Below are positions 12,465 to 21,746 of a stretch of 64,000 nucleotides of DNA, piece after piece (within the stretch, counting starts at the first letter, position 1; each line of letters opens with the position of its first letter). The translations under genes and the position numbers were made by a program. This DNA comes from Macrostomum lignano (taxonomy: Eukaryota), in the NCBI GenBank assembly GCA_002269645.1, contig NIVC01000772.1:68510-132509 (forward strand). Direction: 5' to 3'. The notes under the pieces are model-generated. The model did no database searches. It saw nothing but the letters and a program-made list of their open reading frames with translations, and was not told the DNA's origin.

Positions 12465-13260
12465 TGACCTCAGAATCTAACACGTCGTGACCTCAGAATC
12501 TAACAGGTCGTGACCTCAATCACTAACAGGGCGTGACCTCAGAATCTAACACGTCGTGACCTCAGAATCTAACACGTCGTGACCTCAGAATCTAACAGGG
12601 CGTGACCTCAGAATCTAACAGGCTGTGACCTCAGAATCTAACAGGTCGTGACCTCAGAAGCTAACAGGTCGTTACCTCAGAATCTAACACGTGACCTCAG
12701 AATCTAACACGTCGTGACCTCAGAATCTAACACGTCGTGACCTCAGAATCTAACACGTCGTGACCTCAGAATCTAACACGTCGTGACCTCAGAATCTAAC
12801 AGGGCGTGACCTCAGAATCTAACAGGCTGTGACCTCAGAATCTAACAGGTCGTGACCTCAGAAGCTAACAGGTCGTTACCTCAGAATCTAACACGTGACC
12901 TCAGAATCTAACACGTCGTGACCTCAGAATCTAACACGTCGTGACCTCAGAATCTAACACGTCGTGACCTCAGAATCTAACACGTCGTGACCTCAGAATC
13001 TAACAGGGCGTGACCTCAGAATCTAACAGGCTGTGACCTCAGAATCTAACAGGCTGTGACCTCAGAATCTAACAGGTCGTGACCTCAGAATCTAACAGGG
13101 CGTGACCTCAGAATCTAACAGGGCGTGACCTCAAAATCTAACACGTCGTGACCTCAGAATCTAACAGGTCGTGACTTGAGAATGACCTCATGACCTCAGG
13201 ATGTGAACTCAGGTTGTGACCTCAGGATGTGACCTCAGAATGTGACACGATGTGACCTTG
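12465..13260. repeat. 23-bp minisatellite (gacctcagaatctaacacgtcgt) in ANKFN1 intron 1
   Basis: Tandem array with 204-bp higher-order repeat. Confidence 0.95.
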
Positions 13261-13303
13261 TAATGTGAAACGATGTGACCTCACATCGCACATGTCAACT
13301 CAC

Positions 13304-14746
13304 CGTCGCCATCCTGAACGCCGCGGTCTTTCAGCCAGGCGGCCAGCTCAGAGTTCAACGACACTCTCAACTGGGACACTGCGGCCAGCGGCGGAGGCGC
13401 CATCGGTCTGTCGCTGGCAGCAGCCTCGGCCGCATCCGCCTGCCACCAGGCCGACGGAACAACGTCGCCCTCGTCAGCGTAGGCGAAGCGACTCCAGCCG
13501 GCCAACCCGAAGGCGGACACCCGTACGGACACGGGCAGACCGGACGCGAGGCCGCTGATCAAGCAGCTGACCGACGGCTGCCTGATGGCCACTTCCCGGC
13601 TGCTCCAGTCGGCGCCGACGTCCGGCTGGCGCCAGTCGACTCGAAAAAGCGCCGCCGTTGGGGCCAACATAGCGACGTCTGTCAGCAGAGTGACTTGAAC
13701 GGCGTCGGCCGAGACGGCCTCCACGCTGACGCTTGACGGCGGATTCGGCGGCTGCAGGAGGCGAAGGCAGGACAGGAGGGTTGCGGCGGCCTCGCTGCCG
13801 GTCTGGTCAGCCAGGCGGGAGAGATGCCGCTCCATGCCGTCCAGCGGCCGAGGGTTGTTGGCCCCCGCGGCCGACGCCTCCTGGTTGTTGGCGGACTGCA
13901 GAGCCGCTGCTGACGCCCGATGGTCGAGCAGCATGGCCAGCTCCAGCGGGCACAGCTGCAGCTCGTTGGTGCACCCAGCCAGGTGAGGCCGGCGGGACAG
14001 AATCTCGCCAACCGCACTGGCGTCGTTGGATTCCACGGCCTCGAATAGCCTGCGAGCGTCCTCCTGCAGAGTGGTGGTGACGGCTGGAGCTTCCGTCCTG
14101 CCCGGAACTGGTCGGCGAGAATGCTGCCTGGTGCTGCTGCTGCCGCTTCCGGCTACGCTTCCGGTCGCGCTTCCGGTGGAACTTCCTGATGGAGCTACTG
14201 CTACGGAGCGAAGATTTAGTTCTACATCATGATTGACACTTCCGGTTGCGCTTCCGGTGGCACTTCCGGAAATTTCAAACGCAGTTGCTACGGAGCGAGG
14301 ATTGTAGCTTCCATTCTGGCGAGCACTTCCGGCTGCGCTTCCGGTGATATCTGATGGCGCGACTACTACGGAGCGAAGATTAAAGTCTACGGCCTGGTTG
14401 GCACTTCCGGTGGCATGTCCAGAGCGAAGATCGTAGCTCCCATTCTCGCGAGCACTTCCGGTGGTGTTTATCGATGCGGCTCCTGCCTGACGGGCACTTC
14501 CGGTGGTGTTTATCGATGCGGCTCCTTCCTGACGGGCACTTCCGGTCCAAGCGGCTGCATTGGCGGTCATCCCGTTCAGCTGCATCAACTCCCAGCTGCT
14601 TGGAAACCAGGGTGGCTGGCGCTGCTGCTGTTGCTGAGTCGCCGTCGTCAACTTCGACGTCGGGTCGACGTTGCAACTACGGCGAGTCAACGATGACGAT
14701 CTTTGATGATGCCGAAGTGGCCGGTGCTGATGCTGACGAGGTCTTG

Positions 14747-14777
<31 letters not shown>

Positions 14778-14819
14778 TAGTCTTTGTTGCGGAGCGCCAG
14801 AGGCTGGCGGCTGCTGCAT
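13304..14819 (-). CDS. ANKFN1: ANKFN1/wake-like exon 1 (polyQ, GSAT repeats, two ankyrin repeats, fibronectin type III)
   Basis: ATG 14819. LFEAVESNDASAVGEIL and CPLELAMLLDH are ankyrin-like. PPNPPSSVSVEAVS...ISGLASGLPVSVRVSAFGLAGWS...PSAW is FN3 followed by the family PSxW motif. Donor G|gtgagt. The four exons sum to 3246 nt in one frame (1081 aa plus stop). Confidence 0.85.
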
Positions 14820-14989
14820 GGCGCTACAGTGCCGCTACATTGGTGGACAGTCAGCTGGGAGTGCCTGCTAGACCTGGCGCGGCGAAGGTTTGAGGAAGAA
14901 TGCGAGGAAAGCTATAGAAAAGAGCGACTGCCAGATTAAATGCTCTGATTATTTGGGGTACATGTCAATTAGGGGTTGTGCTCACTAAT

Positions 14990-15170
14990 AGCTAATCATG
15001 GGGATTTCTCATGGGTAGCTGATCAGGGGGATTTCTCATTGGTAGCTGATCAGGGGGATTTCTCATGGGTAGCTGATCAGGTGGATTTCTCATGGATACC
15101 TGATCAGGGGGATTTCTCATTGGTAGCTGATCAGGGGGAATTCTCATTGGAAGCTGATCAGGGGGAATGC
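14990..15170. repeat. 27-bp minisatellite (gctgatcagggggatttctcatgggta)
   Basis: About 6 copies. Confidence 0.9.
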
Positions 15171-16249
15171 TCACAAGGACTACTCAAAATACATTACGGA
15201 GATAAAGTTTTCATTTTTTCAGCAAAAAAAATTTTTTCGCTTTTGATAGTTACGAGTAAGCAGACCCAATGTTCATCTTTTGATATGTCTTACCCTTCTT
15301 ATAGCTCTATTGATATTCATAAAATTAGTATTCATAAATTCTATATCCTACGTACAACCGTACGTTGTTGCCGAAAAGAATCATAAAAATGGCACATCTC
15401 GACCCATTTTTGGTTTTATGAATCTATTTGATCATTTTTAGCTTGATGATGATTGTCAAGCTAAAAAATAAAACCTCTTACCTGCTTCCAGATTGCAGAG
15501 ACAGAGAGCGAGTGAAACAGAAGAATCCAATGGTATCAGTTAGCAGCTGAATGGTATTTCACAGCATTCGGGTGTCACAATATTTTATATAAAAAGGACC
15601 GATGAGACTCAACACGAACTCAAGAAGATCTGATGAGAGAAGAGACGGACATGACAGCGGGTCAAAACTACCCCCACCTTTTAGCCCGCAGGAGTTTAAT
15701 GAGAACCCGCGACAAACCCCTGCTGCTGTTTCTCTATCTCACAGCTCGCACGCAGCGAGTTGAGCTCGGCCATCTCAAAGTGTACACAGCAACACAACCC
15801 CTGCCCCCCTAGGACTATACAGAGCCACTGCTTGAGCACAGTGTGCTTTCAATTGTTTTCCTGTCTAGCAATTCTTTTTGCTATTAGTTTTGCAGTTGGG
15901 TCTGTTTGATAGACAGAACCACATAGCCAGCCTCTCTAAGAATTAAGTACACTCTGATGATGCATATGATATGCTGTTCGTTGAACAGTGAGAATCAGAT
16001 TTCAATGTTTTTTTCAAGTCCATTGCTTTTAAGATGTTTCAAACAGTTATTAATGTTTGCTGCAGCAATTGAGCACGATAAAAATGCATCGATAGCAAAG
16101 GCTTTCATTATATTTGTTGCATAAAAAACTAGACATCGAATGTATTCACAAATTTTCTGTTAAGCCTGATAAAATAGATGAGTAGTTACAAAAGCAAACA
16201 CCCGCAATTATAAAGTAACATTTGAATTACTCATATGACCCAATTCGGT

Positions 16250-17185
16250 AGGTCAATGACCCTTTTGAATCACACAAGTAGGTTAATGACCTTTATGACT
16301 CACACAAGTAAGTCAATGACCCTAATGACTCACACAAATAAGCTATCAATGACCTTTATGACTCACACAAGTAGGTCAATGACCTTTATGACTCACACAA
16401 GTAAGTCAATGACCCTTATGACTCACACAAGTATGTTAATGACCTTTATCACTCACACAAGTAGATCAATGACCTTTATGACTCACACAAGTAGGTCAAT
16501 GACCTTTATGACTCACACAAGTAAGTCAATGACCCTTATGACTCACACAAGTATGTTAATGACCTTTATCACTCACACAAGTATGTTAATGACCTTTATG
16601 ACTCACACAAGTAGGTCAATGACCTTTATGACTCACACAAGTAAGTCAATGACCCTTATGACTCACACAAGTATGTTAATGACCTTTATCACTCACACAA
16701 GTAGATCAATGACCTTTATGACTCACACAAGTAGGTCAATGACCTTTATGACTCACACAAGTAAGTCAATGACCCTTATGACTCACACAAGTATGTTAAT
16801 GACCTTTATCACTCACACAAGTATGTTAATGACCTTTATGACTCACACAAGTAGGTCAATGACCTTTATGACTCACACAAGTAGGCCAATGACCTGACTC
16901 ACACAAGTAGGTTAATGACCCTTATGATTCACACAAGAAGGTTAACGACCTTTATGACTCACACAAGTATGTTAATGACCTTTATGACTCACACAAGTAG
17001 GTCAATGACCTTATAACTCACACAAGTAGATCAATGACATTTATGACTCACACAAGTAGATCAATGACCTTTATGACTCACACAAGTAGATCAATGACCT
17101 TTATGACTCACACAAGTAGGCCAATGACCTGACTCACACAAGTAGGTTAATGACCCTTATGACTCACACAAGTAGGTCAATGGCC
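16250..17185. repeat. 30-bp minisatellite (atgacctttatgactcacacaagtaggtca)
   Basis: About 30 copies with a 240-bp exact higher-order duplication. Confidence 0.95.
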
Positions 17186-17246
17186 CCCGAATGATACGCA
17201 TAGATAAATGACCGTATGACCAAGCATGGATAACAGACAGAAATAG

Positions 17247-17540
17247 TCATTTGGCAGAGTCCCCAGTTCCGTCCACTTCCCACAGGTGAATATTCTTAGC
17301 CTTAACCGCTCGCATTACGCACTCCTTGTAGGATGAGAACAACGAGTCGCAGTCGTTAGTTCGCTGGCCCTGAAGAAATCTGGGAAAGAAATCTTTAAAG
17401 CAGGCATCGTACTGCTCTTTGAGCTGGTTGCACTCGGGGCTGAGGCTGGGAACGCTGGGCAGAGTGGCTGGCAGCGAGGGCTCCGTCTGCTGCTTCTGCT
17501 TATCTGCTGTGGCCTCGCTTGTTGGCTGATTGGTTGCCAT
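17247..17540 (-). CDS. TRIAP1: TRIAP1/Mdm35 mitochondrial intermembrane-space twin-CX9C protein
   Basis: SLSPECNQLKEQYDACFKDFFPRFLQG...CDSLFSSYKECVMRAVKAKNI contains two exact CX9C motifs and matches the Mdm35 family pattern. The true start or an extra 5' intron is uncertain. Confidence 0.9.
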   Translation of the reverse strand: MATNQPTSEATADKQKQQTEPSLPATLPSVPSLSPECNQLKEQYDACFKDFFPRFLQGQRTNDCDSLFSSYKECVMRAVKAKNIHLWEVDGTGDSAK

Positions 17541-17699
17541 GCAAGATTAGAGCATACCGTCCTTTCTTTGGCTATGGACTTTCTAATTAGCTGAGCATTC
17601 AGCTGAAATCAAGATTGATAAGTTCACCCGGTTAATACAGGTAGTACGAGTCTGCTTGAGAAACAGGTGCATGACTCTAAATGGCCTGTACATAACTCG

Positions 17700-18385
17700 T
17701 ATGACCCATGTCAGCGACAGGTCTATGACTGAATGACCTCTGTGTCTAACGTGATTATGACTCAAAAACTCTCTGTTTCTGAGATTATGACTCAATCATC
17801 CCTCGTGTCTAACGTGATTATGACTCAATCACCTCCTGTGTCTTTGATTATGACTGAATCACCTCCTGTGTCTTTGATTATGACTGAATCACCTCCTGTG
17901 TCTTTGATTATGACTAAATAACCCCCACGTCTTTGATTATGACTCATCATCCCTGTATCTTTGATTATGACTCAAGCATCCCTGTATCTTTGATTATGAC
18001 TCAATCATCCCTGTATCTTTGATTATGACTCAATAACCCCCATGTGTCTTTGATTATGACTCATCATCCCCTGTGTCTTTGATTATGACTCAAGCATCCC
18101 TGTATCTTTGATTATGACTCAAGCATCCCTGTATCTTTGATTATGACTCAATCATCCCTGTATCTTTGATTATGACTCAATAACCCTGTGTCTTTGATTA
18201 TGACTCAATCATCCCCTGTATCTTTGATTATGACTCAATCATCCCCTGTATCTTTGATTATGACTCAATAACCCCGTGTCGTTGATTATGACTCAATAAC
18301 CCCATGTGTCTTTGATAATGACTCAATCGCCCCTGTGACTTTGATAATGACTCAATCGCCCCTGTGTGGCAAGTATATGACTCTA
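17700..18385. repeat. ~29-30-bp minisatellite (tgtctttgattatgactcaatcatcccc)
   Basis: More than 20 copies. Confidence 0.93.
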
Positions 18386-18651
18386 CGAAACCTTTATAGA
18401 GAGGCTTCCCAAATTGCTTGACTTTCTGAAGCGTGTGTTAAAGATCCATGACTCAACGCACTACCAACCATAAGCAGGTGAGTAGAGATAAAAGATAGCG
18501 CCGTAAATAATAAATTTCGGTAATTACATAACTGTTTACTAACAGCATTAAGTCTAACTTAGTTTAATACACAATAGAATAAAAGAGATTTACAAAAGCA
18601 GTAAAGTTATTATTAGTACATATTGCAATTAACTGTAATTAGTTAAAAGCT

Positions 18652-19174
18652 TCAAAGAACGCCAACAAACTGTTGCTCCCCGACTGGCATATTAATTTCA
18701 TCATCAGCTTCCAGCTGTCCAGCATCTGCCTCATCCTCCTGGCGAACCGGAACCCGACAGCTAAGCAGAGGCTCAACATCGGCAGATGCAGCCTCCTTAT
18801 GCCGAGTCTCCAGGTGCTTGCGCAGGTGACTCTTCTGCTTGAAGCAGAGCCGATTCGGGCACAGCGGGCACAACAGCAGGTATTTTGGATGGACATTCTT
18901 CCTGTGCTGCAGGTACTGATACCGGCTGCTAAACACTTTGTCGCAATGGACACAAGTCAGCCGATCAATGCTAGTTGAAGTGTTATTGTGCTTAGTGGAC
19001 AGGTGCTGGGACAGGCCGGAGCGGCTGCTGAAGGACTTCTCGCACAGGTGGCACACAGTGGCCGCTGGGCCGCCAGCCCGGCTGCCGGGTGTGGAGACGG
19101 GCAGGATTGGCGGCTCGCAGTCCTCCAGAGCGGGGTGGGCGCTCAGCAGATGGCTGTGCAGGAGGCGGGAAGAT
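18652..19174 (-). CDS. C2H2 zinc-finger protein, exon 2
   Basis: Acceptor tccaccgcag|A (phase 2) completes the finger CEHCGRAYA-SSRLLHSHLLSAH. Three more fingers follow (CHLC..HLSTKH, CVHC..HRKNVH, CPLC..HLETRH). Confidence 0.85.
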
Positions 19175-19194
19175 CTGCGGTGGAGGGAAAATGA

Positions 19195-20430
19195 GTTATC
19201 CTCGGTTAGCGATCTCAAATATCCCAAATCCTCGGTTAGCGATCCCAAATATCCCAAATCCTCGGTTAGCGATCCCAAATATCCTAAATCCTCGGGTTAG
19301 CGATCCCAAATATCCCAAATCCTCGGTTAGCGATCCCAAATATCCTAAATCCTCGGTTAGCGATCCCAAATATCCTAAATCCTCGGTTAGCGATCCCAAA
19401 TATCCCAAATCCTCGGTTAGCGATCCCAAATATCCTAAATCCTCGGTTAGCGATCCCAAATATCCCAAATCCTCGGTTAGCGATCCCAAATATCCTAAAT
19501 CCTCGGGTTAGCGATCCCAAATATCCCAAATCCTCGGTTAGCGATCCCAAATATCCCAAATCCTCGGTTAGCGATCCCAAATATCCCAAATCCTCGGTTA
19601 GCGATCCCAAATATCCTAAATCCTCGGTTAGCGATCCCAAATATCCTAAATCCTCGGTTAGCGATCCCAAATATCCCAAATCTTCGGTTAGCGATCCCAA
19701 ATATCCTAAATCCTCGGTTAGCGATCCCAAATATCCTAAATCCTCGGGTTAGCGATCCCAAATATCCCAAATCCACAGATAGCGATCCCAAATCCTCAGA
19801 AAACGATCCCAAATCCTCAGATAGCAATCCTAAATCCTCATAAAGCAATCCCAAATCCTCATATAGCAACCCCAATTCCTCAGAAAGCAATTTCAAATCC
19901 TCAGAAAGCGATCCCAAATCCTCATATAGCGATCCCAAATCCTCAGATAGCGATCCCAAATCCTCAGAAAGCGATCCCAAATCCTCAGATAGCGATCCCA
20001 AATCCTCAGATAGCGATCCCAAATCCTTAGAAAGCGATCCCAAATCCTCAGATAGCAATTCCAAATCCTCAGATAGCAATCCCAAATCCTCAGATAACAA
20101 TCCCAAATCCCCAGATAGCAATCCCAAATCCTCAGATAGCGATCCCAAATCCTCAGATAGTGATCCCAAATCCTCAGATAGCGATCCCAAATCCTCAGAT
20201 AGCGATCCCAAATCCTCAGATAGCGATCCCAAATCCTCAGAAAGCGATCCCAAATCCTCAGATAGCGATCCCAAATCCTCAGATAGCAATTCCAAATCCT
20301 CAGATAGCAATCCCAAATCCTCAGATAACAATCCCAAATCCTCAGATAGCAATCCCAAATCCTCAGATAGCGATCCCAAATCCTCAGATAGCGATCCCAA
20401 ATATCCCAAGAACCCAAGGCTAGCGATCCC
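19195..20430 (-). repeat. Bipartite 30-bp then 21-bp satellite filling the zinc-finger intron
   Basis: Reverse complement of the 6850-7700 family. Confidence 0.95.
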
Positions 20431-20452
20431 AAATGCTCAGTTTAGCGCTCAC

Positions 20453-21072
20453 GCATAGGCCCGTCCGCAGTGCTCGCACACGTGAATGGCTCTCAGCTTG
20501 GATGAAGCCACGGCCACAGCCGCGGACGCGGAGACGGGCTGCGAGGCTGGCGCGGCACTGGCTGAGGCCACAGCGACCAGGGCGCCAGCGGAATCGTCAT
20601 GTTGAACCAGCTGATGCTGCAGCAGCTGCCACTTGCGCTGAGCAGAGTGACCGCAGAGTCCGCAGACCAGCAGCTCGAGATGAGTAGCCATATGAGCCGC
20701 CAGAGTAGAACCAGTAGAATCTTCATCAGAAACCACGGTCTGCTTGCACAGAGGGCAGGTGCCTCGCAGTTGATGAGGCTCAGCAGGAAGCTGGGACACG
20801 CTAACTGTAGAGTCAGCATATCGAATCTCTGTGCCATCAAGTCTGATCTGCTCCTCCAGACGCGGCTCGGCGGTCAGCACAGCTCTGCGCCATTTCGGTC
20901 GGTGCCGAATTCGAAGCAGCACAATGCAGGGCAGGCTGCGGCTGGAGAGGCCCCGGGTAATGCCCTCAGTGACCGCCGGTTCGAGACTGTCCAGCGATAT
21001 TTTCGGTATGTCGTCATAGAAATAGACAAATTTGTTTAACTGACGGCCAATGAAAACTCTGCCTACAGCCAT
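20453..21072 (-). CDS. C2H2 zinc-finger protein, exon 1
   Basis: ATG 21072. Fingers CPLC..HMATH and CGLC..HQLVQH, then CEHC cut by donor GC|gtgagc. The two exons total 1143 nt (380 aa plus stop). Confidence 0.85.
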
Positions 21073-21746
21073 GAATGCGAGTTGAGGTGGTTCGGATCAG
21101 ATTTAAGATCTGAAATGCTCCCATTTTATAAGCTCAAAATGTTTCAAATAGATTTCCACTGCAACCAAAATCTTCCTGTATCCATATCTGTACTTTAACC
21201 TATCACTTATTAACATTAAGTGTCTCATTAATGTATTGTATAAGAAGAATAACTGGGCCTTCCTCTTAACTTAAGCCTTGGCCATCCTATCCACAAAATG
21301 TACATATGGAATTAGATTTAGAATTGCTCTTATAAAAGCTTTGAAACTAGCAAAGTTCAATTTTTATTAAGTCTGAAGCTGCAAACTGGTCTAAGTATTT
21401 TAGGTTTTTAGTTTAGTGGCTAATATTACTAGATACATAATGACCTGGCCTAGATATGGAAAATTTGTTTTCATAACAATGTTTATATTAATATATTCTA
21501 CCTAGACCTTTAGATCAGAAACTTCCTATAGCTATGTACATAGCTATGGTAAAATACTAGTTTAAGACTAAAAATTCTAGCTGCTAGCTAATAAGATTTT
21601 CAACAATGTGGTCTCCTATTTATAGAATTAACAATATGAAAAGGCCAAAGCTTGAGCCTTGAGCCTAACTAATACAAACTTATTATATAAACTTTAACTA
21701 ATAACACAAGATTAGTATATTAATTAGAGATATAGTATATTGTGAT

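Noticed and set aside
13265-14893. Antisense and alternate-frame ORFs over GC-rich exons (also at 43-45 kb and 54-56 kb)
   Set aside because: Expected shadow ORFs of GC-rich coding sequence, with no domain signatures.
15600-15860. GC-richer island as an ncRNA or SINE
   Set aside because: No Pol III boxes, Sm site, clear fold or element ends could be identified.
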